Origin: a bacterium
GTDB lineage: Bacteria; Patescibacteriota; Minisyncoccia; Phycocordibacterales; UBA2100
NCBI GenBank assembly: GCA_009924895.1
Contig: RFQR01000002.1
Location: 65,368 to 129,367, forward strand
DNA length: 64,000 bases
Direction: 5' to 3'
Shown: in pieces, positions 18,734-29,664 of the stretch
Position numbering within the stretch: the stretch's first letter is position 1
Layout of the letters: every line of letters starts with the position of its first letter
The notes under the pieces: model-generated
What the model saw: only the letters and a program-made list of their open reading frames with translations
Database searches by the model: none
Told to the model about the DNA's origin: nothing
Program-made: the position numbers and the translations under genes

Positions 18734-21352
18734 ATGTCACACGGAAAAAATTTTGATCAAGGAAAAATAATCGTAAAAGGTGCAAAGACTCACAATTTGA
18801 AAAACGTGAGCGTTGAAATGCCGCGTGGCAAGATGGTGGTATTTACTGGTCTTTCTGGCTCGGGCAAATCATCGCTCGCGTTCGATACAATTTTTGCAGA
18901 AGGTCAGCGTAAATACGTTGAATCTCTTTCGTCATACGCACGTCAATTTTTGCGCCAAATGCAAAAGCCCGAAGTCGAAGAAATCAGCGGTCTTTCGCCT
19001 GCAATTTCAATTGACCAGAAGTCACGTTCAAACAATCCACGTTCAACTGTAGCTACTATCACCGAAATTTATGATTACTTACGTGTTTTGTTTGCACGCA
19101 TTGGTCATCCGCACTGCCCTGAATGTGGAAGTGAAATCAAAAAACTTTCGAATGAAGAAATTTTAGAGACAGTCCTTAAAATTGTTGAAAAAGCTCGCGC
19201 GAGTAAAGGTGAAGGGAAACTCACGAGCGGCGTCTCACATGCCAAAATACGCATTGCCTCTCCCGTCGTAGTGGGTCGTAAAGGTGAGTACTACCAACTG
19301 CTCTATGATTTGTTAAACAAAGGATATGAAAAGGTAGTAGTAGATGGTGAAGAGAAGTCATTGCGCGAACGCGTTGAGCTCAAGAAAAATTTCAAACACA
19401 ATATCGATGTGATTGTTGATGACATTTTTGTCTCAGAGTTTAAAGATGACCCAAAGGGTGCTCGTGAGCGCGCGAGTGAAGCGATTGAGAAGGCGCTTGC
19501 TGAAAGTGACGGTCTTGTGCGCATCACCGATGCTGATGGTGTTGCTCACATTGTTTCTGCAAAGTTTATGTGCCCCAACGACGGTTTTTCTTTTCCTGAA
19601 GTTGAACCGCGCCTTTTCTCCTTCAACTCACCGTATGGTGCATGCCCAACCTGTAACGGTATCGGCACCACGTTTCTTTTCTCTGACGATCCATGTGAGG
19701 CATGTAAAGGCGCGCGCTTGCGTCCTGAAGCGCTCCATGTATTTTTGGGTGGCGGTCCTGGTAAAGGTAAAAACATTGTTGATTTGGTATCACTCTCCAT
19801 CACCGACGCCCAGCGTTTTTTCGACACCATAAAACTAACAAAAAAAGAAGAGGAGATTTCGCGCGCAATTGTGAAAGAAATTACCAGTCGCCTCAAATTT
19901 ATGCTTGATGTGGGTATTGAATATCTCACTCTCGACCGCAAAGCAAACACGCTCTCCGGTGGAGAAGCACAGCGCATTCGTCTTGCATCACAGCTGGGAA
20001 GTGGACTCGTGGGAGCGCTTTACGTGCTTGATGAGCCAACAATTGGTCTTCACCAGCGCGACAACGATAAATTGATTTCTACATTGAAACATCTGCGCGA
20101 GCTTGGTAACACGGTCTTAGTTGTTGAGCACGACGAAGATACCATCTATGCCGCTGATTACATTATTGATATTGGACCCGGCGCAGGAGTCCATGGCGGT
20201 AATGTTGTTGTCTCTGGATGGCTCGAAGATTTGTTAACTGCCAAGAAAAACACGAGTGGCTCTCGGACGCTTGCCTATTTGCGTGACGAAGCGCGTATTG
20301 AAGTTCCTGATACGCGTCGCACGGCAGACCGTGGCAAGATAAAAATCCGCGGCGCTAACAAGCACAACCTCAAAAACGTAAACGTAGATATTCCGCTCGC
20401 AAAACTCGTCTGTGTGACTGGTGTCTCAGGCTCAGGTAAATCAACGTTCCTTTACGACATCGTGCATCGCAACTTGCAGGCACGATTTGATCCACGCTTC
20501 CGTTCCGCAAAAACATATAATGCAAAAGAGTTTTCAGGCACTGAGTATCTTGGTCGCACTATTCTTATTGACCAGTCAGCAATCGGGCGTACTCCACGCT
20601 CAAACCCTGCTACCTACACCGGTGCATGGACTCACATTCGCGATCTCTTCGCAATGAGTGAAGAAGCAAAAGCGCGTGGTTGGGGCCCGGGTAGGTTTAG
20701 TTTCAATGTGAAAGGTGGCAGGTGTGAATCATGTGAAGGAAACGGACTCATTGCGGTGGAAATGCACTTTCTGCCGACAGTCTATGTCACCTGCGATGTC
20801 TGTAACGGCAAACGCTTTATGAAAGAAACACTCGATGTTAAGTACAAAAAAAAGAGTATTCATGATGTGCTCTCTATGACGGTCGAAGAAGCGCTTGGGT
20901 TTTATGACGATATTCCTGCTGTTTCTGACCGTATGAAAGCACTCCAAGATGTGGGGCTTGGATATCTAACTCTCGGGCAGAGTGCAACAACACTCTCCGG
21001 TGGGGAAGCACAGCGTGTGAAAGTGGCATCAGAATTGTATCGTCCCTTGCAAAGTAAAACGGTGTATCTTCTTGATGAACCAACGGTTGGGCTTCACTAT
21101 GACGATGTCAAAAAGCTTATAGACATTTTGCAGAGACTGGTTGATCGAGGAAATACGGTCGTCGTTATCGAGCACAATCTCGATGTCTTGAAGTGCGCTG
21201 ACTACATTATCGACATGGGTCCTGAGGGAGGTAGTGGGGGCGGGTCAGTAATTGCGAAAGGTACACCAGAAGAAGTTTCGGTGACTGACGGTTCGCACAC
21301 GGGGTACTATCTTAAACGAATTCTCAAAAAGAAACGGCAACACATTAGTTGA
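18734..21352 (+). CDS. uvrA: Excinuclease ABC subunit A
   Basis: Two Walker A motifs ([16 protein letters not shown]), two LSGGEAQR, Zn fingers, [12 protein letters not shown]. Confidence 0.97.
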   Translation: MSHGKNFDQGKIIVKGAKTHNLKNVSVEMPRGKMVVFTGLSGSGKSSLAFDTIFAEGQRKYVESLSSYARQFLRQMQKPEVEEISGLSPAISIDQKSRSNNPRSTVATITEIYDYLRVLFARIGHPHCPECGSEIKKLSNEEILETVLKIVEKARASKGEGKLTSGVSHAKIRIASPVVVGRKGEYYQLLYDLLNKGYEKVVVDGEEKSLRERVELKKNFKHNIDVIVDDIFVSEFKDDPKGARERASEAIEKALAESDGLVRITDADGVAHIVSAKFMCPNDGFSFPEVEPRLFSFNSPYGACPTCNGIGTTFLFSDDPCEACKGARLRPEALHVFLGGGPGKGKNIVDLVSLSITDAQRFFDTIKLTKKEEEISRAIVKEITSRLKFMLDVGIEYLTLDRKANTLSGGEAQRIRLASQLGSGLVGALYVLDEPTIGLHQRDNDKLISTLKHLRELGNTVLVVEHDEDTIYAADYIIDIGPGAGVHGGNVVVSGWLEDLLTAKKNTSGSRTLAYLRDEARIEVPDTRRTADRGKIKIRGANKHNLKNVNVDIPLAKLVCVTGVSGSGKSTFLYDIVHRNLQARFDPRFRSAKTYNAKEFSGTEYLGRTILIDQSAIGRTPRSNPATYTGAWTHIRDLFAMSEEAKARGWGPGRFSFNVKGGRCESCEGNGLIAVEMHFLPTVYVTCDVCNGKRFMKETLDVKYKKKSIHDVLSMTVEEALGFYDDIPAVSDRMKALQDVGLGYLTLGQSATTLSGGEAQRVKVASELYRPLQSKTVYLLDEPTVGLHYDDVKKLIDILQRLVDRGNTVVVIEHNLDVLKCADYIIDMGPEGGSGGGSVIAKGTPEEVSVTDGSHTGYYLKRILKKKRQHIS

Positions 21353-21443
21353 CATTATTTGTAAAAATTTTGTAAATTTGTTTACGGCAATTCCAAAAGG
21401 ACGCCGTACAGCAGTAGCAACAGCAGCAGAAGGAATACCAAAA

Positions 21444-21716
21444 ATGGACCCGCTTTTCGACAAGCCAACCGCGGCAATCGAAATACACAAGTGGGGCATT
21501 GCGCCCAGCGAAGAGGTTGTGGAGCTCGTAGCGTGCTTTCACCGCATGACCTACAAGTTCACCAATCCCACAACAGAAACGGGCGAAGAGCGCGTAAAGC
21601 GCTTGCTGCGTGAACCGCAGTATCGCATCCTCTGGACCGGTCTCGCGGTGGACTATCGCTATGGCTCGCAGGTTCATGACTGCATGACCGTGCTAGTCAA
21701 AATTAAGAAGTCCTAG
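21444..21716 (+). CDS. Orphan hypothetical protein
   Basis: TTGACA at 21349, AAGGA RBS, hairpin ACCGCCCC...GGGGCGGT at 21725-21749. Confidence 0.55.
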   Translation: MDPLFDKPTAAIEIHKWGIAPSEEVVELVACFHRMTYKFTNPTTETGEERVKRLLREPQYRILWTGLAVDYRYGSQVHDCMTVLVKIKKS

Positions 21717-21748
21717 TGGTTTCGACCGCCCCATGCCAACCGGGGCGG

Positions 21749-24700
21749 TTACCTTTTTGTACTTTGAAGTGCAGTCACAAACGCCTCTGCTAGCTGGCGG
21801 TTGGTGATGAGAGGGATGTTCATGTCAACCGCTTTACGGCGGATGATAAATCCGTCGCGGATGTGATCGGTATAAATGTGAGTGGGAATATTAATAATCA
21901 AATCAAGCTCTCCTGATTCGATAAGTGTTCCTACATCAAGTTCTTTTTTCTTTCGCTTGCCCTCAACAGAAGAAATTTTAAGAACTCGTTTGTTTGGAAT
22001 CTTCTGCGCTTTTAGAAAGTCTGCGGTGTGTTCGGTAGCAAAGAGGGTAAAGCCCATTTCGTGAAGTGAACGTACGCTCTCGAGTAGTTTTACTTTATTC
22101 TCTTCTCTGCCAAGAGAGACAAGAATATTTTTCTTGGGGAGGCGGAATCCTGACGCTTTCATAGAGAGGATGAGTGCCTCGTGCAAGTTGCCGCCAAAGC
22201 AGGCTACTTCACCCGTTGATGACATTTCTACGCGTCCAATAGGGTCAGCACCTTTGATACGGCTAAAGGAGAATTGCGGCGATTTTACGGCAACGTGATC
22301 AAGGTCGACGGTTTGATATTCGCCTGAAATATCTTCACCAAGCATTGCACGTGCAGCGAGTTCAATGAAATTGTAGCCAGTTACTTTTGAGACAAACGGG
22401 AAACTACGTGATGCGCGGACATTACACTCAATTACCTTAATATGGTTGTCCTTGGCGAGAAACTGCGCGTTGAATGGTCCCGTGATGTTGAGTGCCTGTA
22501 TCAGCTTTTTTGTAATTTCTTTTGCACGACGGACAGTTTCAAGATAGGTGCGCTGTGGTGGGAGTACAACCGTAGCATCGCCACTATGGGTGCCAGCGTT
22601 TTCCACGTGTTCTGAAATGGCGTAAATTTTGAGCTTGCCGCTCTGTGCCACGCCATCGATTTCAATTTCGCGCGCATTTTCAATAAACTGTGAAATGACG
22701 ACAGGGTGCTCACGCGAAATGTCTTTTGCTTTTTTGAGAAAAGCCACGAGTGAATGCTCGTCGTGTGCAACGGTCATTGCAGCACCTGAAAGCACGTATG
22801 AAGGGCGGACGATAACAGGGTAGCCAATAGCAGCTGCTTTTTTGAGTGCCGCTTTTGTGGACGAAAACTCACCCCATGTTGGCTGATCAATGTCGAGCGT
22901 ATCACAGAGATTTGAGAAGATGTGACGGTCCTCAGCGCGGTCAATGTCGATGGGTGAGGTTCCCATGATCTGAACCCCTTTTTTATACAGGGGGAGTGCG
23001 AGATTGTTTGCTATTTGCCCGCCGGTAGAAATAAAGACACCAGCAGGCTTTTCAAAATCGATAATATCAAGAATGCGCTCGCGCGTAAGTTCTTCAAAAT
23101 AAAGTCGATCTGATTCGTCGTAATCAGTTGAGACGGTTTCAGGATTTGAATTAACCATGATACTTCCCATTCCTTTTGCACGCAGCGTCTTGAGTACCTG
23201 CACACTCGACCAGTCAAATTCAACTGATGAGCCTATACAGTAGGGACCGCTGCCCAAAACTACGTAATGCTTCTTACTGGCTACAACATCATCTTCGATG
23301 CCGTGGTAGGTGCAGTAGAGATAGTTTGTTTGTGCGGGGAATTCCGCTGCGAGTGTGTCGATTTGTTTTATGGATGGGCGAATGTTGTATTTGAGGCGAA
23401 GCGAACGAATGTCGTCTTCGGTGCGCCCCGACATAAGTGCGAGTTGTGCATCACTAAAGCCTATCTTCTTTGCTTCTCGGATTTCTTCAGAGTCCGGCGT
23501 ACGGTTTGTTAACTTCTTTTCAAGGGTAATGATGTTGTGCATTTTCGAAAGAAAGAATCGATCAATGCGAGACCATTGGTGAATGGTCTCGACTGAAATG
23601 CCGTCACGGAGCGCCTCAGCAATCGCGAAAATGCGCTCAGTCGTGGGTTCTTTGATGAGTTTTTCATAGTCGCGAACGGTAAATTTTTCTTTGTTACTTT
23701 GTGCGGTGAATCCGGTTGCACCAATATTGAGCGAGCGAATCGCTTTTTGAAGCACTTCTTCAAATGAGCGACCGATTGCCATCACCTCACCGACACTTTT
23801 CATCTCAGTACCGATGCGCTTGTGAGCGCTATCAAATTTCTGCAAATCCCAGCGCGGGAATTTCAGCACGAGATAGTCGAGCGCTGGTTCAAAGCAGGCG
23901 GTGGTCGTTTTGGTTACCGCATTTTTGAGTTCGGTTAAGGTGTAGCCGAGCGAAAGTTTCGCCGCGACGTAGGCGAGTGGATAGCCAGTTGCTTTTGAAG
24001 CAAGAGCGGATGAACGTGAAAGCCGAGCGTTCACTTCAATGACACGATATTCAGGCTTATCAGGATTGAGCGCATATTGAATGTTACATTCGCCGACAAT
24101 ACCAAGGTGGCGAATGGTTTTGGTCGCAACGGTGCGGAGCATGTGGTATTCGTGGTTGTTGAGTGTCTGTGATGGGGCAACGACGATTGATTCACCGGTG
24201 TGGATGCCCATGGGGTCAATGTTTTCCATGTTGCACACTGTGATGCAGTTGTCGGCGCAATCGCGTACGACTTCATATTCCACTTCCTTCCATCCACCCA
24301 AATATTCTTCGACAAGAATTTGTGGGACTGATTTAAATACTTCGGTTGTTTTTTGTTTCATCTCGGCAGCATTTGCAACACGGCCTGAGCCTTCACCGCC
24401 AAGTGCAAAGCCTGAGCGAATCATAACGGGGTAACCAATTTTCTCTGCGGCAGAAAGCGCCTCGGCAACTGACTTCGTCGCAATGCTTTGCGCCGTATCC
24501 ACCTTAATCTGTTTGAGGCGTTGCACAAAGAGTTTTCGATCTTCGGTATCGCGAATCGCTTTTGTCGGAGTACCTAACACACGTACTCCGTATTTTTTAA
24601 GCACCCCCTTTTTCTCGAGCGCGAGTCCCAAATTCAGCGCAGTTTGTCCTCCAAAAGAGAGCGCGATTGCGTCTGGTTTTTCTTTTTGTATAACTTCAGT

Positions 24701-24955
24701 TGCGTGTTCAATCGTGAGGGGGAGGTAGTACACTTCGTCGGCGAGAGAACGATCCTTATGCTGCGTTCCTTGAAATGCAATGTCAGTTTGGACTGTTGCA
24801 ATGTTTGGATTTAACAATACGACGCGGATACCTTCCTCTTTATATGCTTTTATTGCTTGCGAACCCGAATAATCGAACTCGCCAGCTTGTCCAATGCGTA
24901 AGCCTCCGGAGCCGAGAAGGAGAATGCATTTGGGTTTTGAAAGAGTGACAGCCAT
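21749..24955 (-). CDS. carB: Carbamoyl-phosphate synthase large subunit
   Basis: IGQAGEFDYSGSQA, IHTGESIVVAP, EVNARLSRSSALASKATGYP, NPETVSTDYD, duplicated ATP-grasp, MGS domain. Confidence 0.97.
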   Translation of the reverse strand: MAVTLSKPKCILLLGSGGLRIGQAGEFDYSGSQAIKAYKEEGIRVVLLNPNIATVQTDIAFQGTQHKDRSLADEVYYLPLTIEHATEVIQKEKPDAIALSFGGQTALNLGLALEKKGVLKKYGVRVLGTPTKAIRDTEDRKLFVQRLKQIKVDTAQSIATKSVAEALSAAEKIGYPVMIRSGFALGGEGSGRVANAAEMKQKTTEVFKSVPQILVEEYLGGWKEVEYEVVRDCADNCITVCNMENIDPMGIHTGESIVVAPSQTLNNHEYHMLRTVATKTIRHLGIVGECNIQYALNPDKPEYRVIEVNARLSRSSALASKATGYPLAYVAAKLSLGYTLTELKNAVTKTTTACFEPALDYLVLKFPRWDLQKFDSAHKRIGTEMKSVGEVMAIGRSFEEVLQKAIRSLNIGATGFTAQSNKEKFTVRDYEKLIKEPTTERIFAIAEALRDGISVETIHQWSRIDRFFLSKMHNIITLEKKLTNRTPDSEEIREAKKIGFSDAQLALMSGRTEDDIRSLRLKYNIRPSIKQIDTLAAEFPAQTNYLYCTYHGIEDDVVASKKHYVVLGSGPYCIGSSVEFDWSSVQVLKTLRAKGMGSIMVNSNPETVSTDYDESDRLYFEELTRERILDIIDFEKPAGVFISTGGQIANNLALPLYKKGVQIMGTSPIDIDRAEDRHIFSNLCDTLDIDQPTWGEFSSTKAALKKAAAIGYPVIVRPSYVLSGAAMTVAHDEHSLVAFLKKAKDISREHPVVISQFIENAREIEIDGVAQSGKLKIYAISEHVENAGTHSGDATVVLPPQRTYLETVRRAKEITKKLIQALNITGPFNAQFLAKDNHIKVIECNVRASRSFPFVSKVTGYNFIELAARAMLGEDISGEYQTVDLDHVAVKSPQFSFSRIKGADPIGRVEMSSTGEVACFGGNLHEALILSMKASGFRLPKKNILVSLGREENKVKLLESVRSLHEMGFTLFATEHTADFLKAQKIPNKRVLKISSVEGKRKKKELDVGTLIESGELDLIINIPTHIYTDHIRDGFIIRRKAVDMNIPLITNRQLAEAFVTALQSTKR

Positions 24956-24956
24956 A

Positions 24957-25994
24957 TTATTTTTGGAGTGATGCTAAAAATTCATCAAATATCCATGCAG
25001 TGTCGGTAGGACCTGGTGCTGCTTCAGGATGAAATTGCACGGAACGCCACGGTGCATCGGTGTGTTTAATACCTTCAACTGAGTTGTCATTCGCGTTGGT
25101 AAACCACACCTTCCAGTCCTCAGGTAGAGAGTCTGACTTCACTGCAAAACCATGGTTTTGTGAGGTGATATAGCATCGACCTGTTTCAGTATCGATGCAC
25201 GGCTGATTTTGACCACGATGACCGTAAGAGAGTTTGTAGGTCGCGCCGCCTGCAGCAAGTGCGAGAAGCTGATTACCGAGACAAATTCCTAATATCGGTT
25301 TGTTTTGCTTCATTGCGTTCTTGATTGAGTGAACTGTTTTTGAACATTGCGTGGGGTCACCAGGACCATTCGAAATAAAAAGAGCGTCGTACTGTTCGTT
25401 GGCAATATCGTAATTCCACGGAACGCGCTTGAGTGTGACGTTGGGGCGAGTGAGCGAGCGCACGATGTTTTCTTTCATACCGCAGTCAATTGCAATGATG
25501 CAGATAGGCCCGTCACCGTGAATCGTTACTTCAGATGGAGAGACATCGGCTACCAAATTGCGTGTGTTTGGGTCGTCAAAGACAATAGGCTTCTCTGATG
25601 AGGATATCGCTCCAAGAATGGCTCCGTGCTCGCGCAGTTTTTTTGTAAGCGCTCTCGTGTCGATTCCTGCAAGAAGCGGTACACCTTCTTTTTTGAGCCA
25701 GCTATCGATTGACTGATGCGCGTCAGAGTGAGAATAGGAAAGTGCGAGTTCAGAAACGATGACACCTTTCAGGTGAATTTTCTTTGACTCAAAGAATGAT
25801 GAATCAGGAACGCCGTAATTGCCAATCAGGGGATACGTGCAGACCAAAATCTGCCCCGCAAATGACGGGTCAGTAAATGTTTCAACATACCCTGTCATCC
25901 CAGTAGAAAAGACGACCTCACCTGAGGTCGAATTGGAAGAACCATATTGAACGCCTTTTAATTTTGTTTTGTCGGCGAGATGTAGATAGGACAT
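24957..25994 (-). CDS. carA: Carbamoyl-phosphate synthase small (glutaminase) subunit
   Basis: GEVVF.TGMTGY, YPLIGNYG, SNGPGDP, GICLG, SQNHGF, QFHPEA. Confidence 0.96.
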   Translation of the reverse strand: MSYLHLADKTKLKGVQYGSSNSTSGEVVFSTGMTGYVETFTDPSFAGQILVCTYPLIGNYGVPDSSFFESKKIHLKGVIVSELALSYSHSDAHQSIDSWLKKEGVPLLAGIDTRALTKKLREHGAILGAISSSEKPIVFDDPNTRNLVADVSPSEVTIHGDGPICIIAIDCGMKENIVRSLTRPNVTLKRVPWNYDIANEQYDALFISNGPGDPTQCSKTVHSIKNAMKQNKPILGICLGNQLLALAAGGATYKLSYGHRGQNQPCIDTETGRCYITSQNHGFAVKSDSLPEDWKVWFTNANDNSVEGIKHTDAPWRSVQFHPEAAPGPTDTAWIFDEFLASLQK

Positions 25995-26040
25995 TAAAAT
26001 TAGAGTGTACACGGTGTTCCAAAATGTGTAAAGTAAACCC

Positions 26041-27258
26041 ATGACCCGAGAGGAGCTCAAGCAATTTGATTTGCCGGATACGCCCGGTGTGTATTTTTTT
26101 ATGCAGGGCACAACCATCCTCTACATTGGGAAGGCGACATCGTTGCGTGACCGTATCCGCAGTTACTTCTCAAAAGACCTTATGGAGTCTCGTTCGCCCG
26201 CAATTGCGGCCATGATTGAACGTGCACAGCGCGTTGAGTGGCAAACCACTGATTCGGTTCTTGAGGCGCTTATCGTTGAGGCAAATCTGATTAAAAAACA
26301 TCAACCGCAGTACAACACTGACGAGAAAGATAACAAGAGTTTTAATTATCTAATTATTACCAAAGAAGCATTTCCGCGTGTCTTAGTGGTTCGTGGAAGA
26401 GAATTGTTTGACCCATTGAATGCAGATAAATACATCACCAAGTATGTGTTTGGTCCTTTTCCGCAAGGAGGGGCGCTGAGAGAAGCATGTAAAATTGTTC
26501 GAAAAATTTTCCCTTTTCGTGATACCTGTACTCCCGAAAGTGGAAAGCCTTGTTTTAATGCACAAATAGGCCTCTGCCCCGGCGTCTGTGCGGGCACCGT
26601 TTCCAAAACAGAGTATGCACATCTTCTTCAAAATGTTGTTGATCTGTTCAACGGAAATTTCCATGGGCTCAAGCGTCGATTGGCAAAAGAAATGCAAGAG
26701 GCTGCAGCGAGTGAAGAATTTGAAAAAGCTACCGTACTGCGTCGGCAGATTTCAGCACTTGATCACATTCGCGACGTCTCGCTTATAAAAGACGAGTCAC
26801 GTGTTTCTTCCGGAGGTCATGTACGTATTGAAGCGTATGACGTGGCGCACACGGCGGGTAACGAAACAGTAGGCGTTATGGTGGTGGTGCAAGACGGTGA
26901 AGCCGCGAAGCAGGAATATAGAAAATTTAAGATAAAAACAGTTAAAAACGATGATCCGGGGGCGCTCACTGAAATGTTGTCACGCCGATTAGGACATCCA
27001 GAATGGCAGTATCCTCGCGTTATTGCGGTTGACGGGTCTACAGCGCAAATTCGTGCGGCGCAAAAGGTTCTCAAGCAAACAGGTATCGAAATACCAATTA
27101 TTGGTGTTGTGAAAGATGATCGTCACAAGCCAATCCGTCTTGTTGGAGAGGATCGCGTTATTGCAGCGCACCAAAAAGAGATAGTACTTGCAAATAGCGA
27201 AGCCCACCGCTATGCAATCGAGTGGCATCGCAAGCGTCTTCGAAAGGGGATGATATAA
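26041..27258 (+). CDS. uvrC: Excinuclease ABC subunit C (short, no C-terminal HhH)
   Basis: GIY-YIG (PGVY...YIGKA..LRDR), Cys cluster, UVR, RNase H-like domain (IEAYDVAH, VDG, EAHRYA). Confidence 0.88.
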   Translation: MTREELKQFDLPDTPGVYFFMQGTTILYIGKATSLRDRIRSYFSKDLMESRSPAIAAMIERAQRVEWQTTDSVLEALIVEANLIKKHQPQYNTDEKDNKSFNYLIITKEAFPRVLVVRGRELFDPLNADKYITKYVFGPFPQGGALREACKIVRKIFPFRDTCTPESGKPCFNAQIGLCPGVCAGTVSKTEYAHLLQNVVDLFNGNFHGLKRRLAKEMQEAAASEEFEKATVLRRQISALDHIRDVSLIKDESRVSSGGHVRIEAYDVAHTAGNETVGVMVVVQDGEAAKQEYRKFKIKTVKNDDPGALTEMLSRRLGHPEWQYPRVIAVDGSTAQIRAAQKVLKQTGIEIPIIGVVKDDRHKPIRLVGEDRVIAAHQKEIVLANSEAHRYAIEWHRKRLRKGMI

Positions 27259-27265
27259 TTCTTTC

Positions 27266-28231
27266 ATGGCACGTACGACTGTTGGAGTCTTGCGCGGTGG
27301 GACCTCCGCCGAATTTCCACTTTCCTTAAAATCAGGGGCGCATGTTATCTCTGCTCTTTCGCCAGAAAAATATGATGTGCGTGATATTTTGATTGATAAA
27401 GAAGGGGTGTGGCATGTGCGCGGCATGCCAGTTGATGGGGCGCGAGCGCTCGCGCAAGTCGATGTCGTGGTGAATGCGCTTCATGGCGGTGTCGGTGAAG
27501 ATGGAAGTGTTCAGCGATTTTTAGAGCGTAGTGGTGTGCCGTATGTCGGATCTCGGCCTCATGCGGCGCAGCAATCCCTAAACAAAATCGTGGCCCGAGA
27601 AATTTTGCAAAGCGCAGGGCTGCGCACGCCTCTAGGGCAGGGTTTTAACCTCAACGACGAACATACGACACGAGAAATGGCGCGGCAGATGTTTGAAAAA
27701 ATCGGTCCTCCCTACATTGTAAAACCAGCGCTCGGTGGCGGTTCACATGGTGTGCGCTACGTATCGACTGCGATAGAACTCCCCGATGCGATTGGCGACA
27801 CACTTGATGAATATGGCTCGGTTGTGGTCGAAGAATTTGTCAGTGGTGAGGAGCTTGCGGTAGGTGTTGTAGAAGGATACCGAAACGAAGACGTGTATGT
27901 CCTGCCGCCTGCACTTGTGAAGTATCCCGATGATGCATTTCATCTTTCGCACCATCACTACGGCGATGGGTTGCGTCATATCGTTCCGAGTCCTCTTTCT
28001 GACGAGTTGAAGGTGCAGCTTTCTGAATTGGCACGCACCGCGCATCGCGCTCTTGAACTTTCTGACTTTTCCCGCGCTGATTTTATTCTGACGAGACGGG
28101 GACCAGTCATTCTCGAAGTTGATGCATCGCCCCATATATACGAAGGATCGGGTTTTCATCATATGCTTGAGTCAGTTGGTTCTTCGCTCTCGCATCTCTT
28201 AGAGCATATGATTGGGCGGGCGCGTTCGTAG
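27266..28231 (+). CDS. ddl: D-alanine--D-alanine ligase family protein (divergent)
   Basis: LRGG.S.E...SL.SG, LHGG.GEDG, GVPYVGS, R.DF, LEV. Confidence 0.8.
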   Translation: MARTTVGVLRGGTSAEFPLSLKSGAHVISALSPEKYDVRDILIDKEGVWHVRGMPVDGARALAQVDVVVNALHGGVGEDGSVQRFLERSGVPYVGSRPHAAQQSLNKIVAREILQSAGLRTPLGQGFNLNDEHTTREMARQMFEKIGPPYIVKPALGGGSHGVRYVSTAIELPDAIGDTLDEYGSVVVEEFVSGEELAVGVVEGYRNEDVYVLPPALVKYPDDAFHLSHHHYGDGLRHIVPSPLSDELKVQLSELARTAHRALELSDFSRADFILTRRGPVILEVDASPHIYEGSGFHHMLESVGSSLSHLLEHMIGRARS

Positions 28232-28246
28232 CGTATACTGAGCACC

Positions 28247-29497
28247 ATGCTTTTTCTTTCAAAGTGCCCTGAGTGCGGTGAGTCTCGTGTGCCGCATCCG
28301 ATAGCCAAGTGGTCCGACAAAATCGGTGCTGCTATAGAGCGGTTTCCGCTGTTACGATGGGTTGATTCGTATACCGATACAATTGGCTCACGAATTCGAG
28401 TACGACCAGAATGGCACAGACGTGGAAAGCGTATATGTGAAGCGTTGGTGCGTCTCGGTGTTATGCGCAAGTATACAGCAGCGAGGGAGAATGAAAGCAC
28501 TCGAACGATAGCACTCTATGAAGGCGCTGCGGCGACCAATGTTACCCTTTCTCAGTATTGTATTGGTGAAGTCACGGTATGCTTCTCGGCAGAAAAAAAC
28601 GATGGCACGGGCAGGCATATTCTGTTCTCCGTTATTCCGCGCCCACTTGGCTATCCCGGCGAAGTAATAAAGTGGCTCGACGATAAATCAATCTTAAAAC
28701 AGAAGCTTCGTGCGGCGAAACTACCACATGCCTCGGGTGGCTCTGCCCGCACGTTTGATGAGGCACGTACGATTTTTCAGGCACAAGGACAGCGAGTTGT
28801 GGTCAAGCCCCATCGCGGAAGTCGAGGCAGGCACACTACGCTTGATATTCGTTCTGAAGATGAGTTACGCGCCGCATGTGCTATCGCACTTCAAGTTACC
28901 GACGAAGTCGTTGTTGAGCGATACTTCAAGGGAACGGTGCATCGCGTTACGTTAATTGGAGGAAAGCCTGTTGCAGTTGCACGTTGTGAATATCCTCATG
29001 TAATCGGCGATGGAGTACATACTGTTTCTGAACTTATCACTCTTGAAAATAAAAAGCCGTATCGTGATGGGCGTTTTTTCAAGCCTCTTGATCCTGAATA
29101 CCGTGTCGATATGTCGCTCAAAAAGCAGTCACTCACACGACTATCGGTGCCTGCGTGTGGTCAAAAAGTGATACTGAGTGATAAAAACAGTCGACTCCAT
29201 GGAACACTTACCGAAGATGTAACTCAGCAAACCCATCCCGAAACCATGCAGTTGTTTGCAGCGCTCGGTGAGGTCCTTGGCGACTCGGTAGTTGGTGTCG
29301 ATTTTATGTGTGCTGATATTACGCAGTCATGGAAGGAAGACTCTGATGCGGGTTTTCTCGAATGTAATTCCTTGCCGTTTATCGATGTGCATCACCGGGT
29401 TATCAGCGGAGACACCGTGAATGTGGCTGCATATTTATGGGACGTAGTCTTTCCGCCTCAAAACACTGATTCGTTGCCCGCGCGGTATCTCGTATGA
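28247..29497 (+). CDS. ATP-grasp enzyme (cyanophycin synthetase/GshF-like module)
   Basis: DKSILKQKL, VVKP..GSRGR, PHVIGDGVHTVSELI..EN, GVDF...DI, ECNSLP.I..H. Confidence 0.75.
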   Translation: MLFLSKCPECGESRVPHPIAKWSDKIGAAIERFPLLRWVDSYTDTIGSRIRVRPEWHRRGKRICEALVRLGVMRKYTAARENESTRTIALYEGAAATNVTLSQYCIGEVTVCFSAEKNDGTGRHILFSVIPRPLGYPGEVIKWLDDKSILKQKLRAAKLPHASGGSARTFDEARTIFQAQGQRVVVKPHRGSRGRHTTLDIRSEDELRAACAIALQVTDEVVVERYFKGTVHRVTLIGGKPVAVARCEYPHVIGDGVHTVSELITLENKKPYRDGRFFKPLDPEYRVDMSLKKQSLTRLSVPACGQKVILSDKNSRLHGTLTEDVTQQTHPETMQLFAALGEVLGDSVVGVDFMCADITQSWKEDSDAGFLECNSLPFIDVHHRVISGDTVNVAAYLWDVVFPPQNTDSLPARYLV

Positions 29498-29664
29498 GCG
29501 GTACGTACTCGCTTGAAAAAATCAGTCATTTTCGCTGTGCTCACTGTAACCGATGGTGGAGTATTGCTGATGTTCCCACTACTCCGACAGAGCGGGAATG
29601 GTTTTGTCCGTGGTGTGGGGAGAAGCAGGCGGTTCGAGATAGTACGCCGCAACATCTCCTATGA
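29494..29664 (+). CDS. Small zinc-ribbon protein (56 aa, not in ORF track)
   Basis: Hand translation MSGTYSLEKISHFRCAHCNRWWSIADVPTTPTEREWFCPWCGEKQAVRDSTPQHLL; ATGA overlap with the upstream stop. Confidence 0.75.
   Translation: MSGTYSLEKISHFRCAHCNRWWSIADVPTTPTEREWFCPWCGEKQAVRDSTPQHLL

Noticed and set aside
21409-21430. CAG-like triplet run upstream of the orphan at 21444
   Set aside because: Short and imperfect; not enough to claim a slippage tract.
28247-29497. Cyanophycin synthetase CphA
   Set aside because: Only the ATP-grasp part is present; the Mur-ligase-like C-terminal half is missing.
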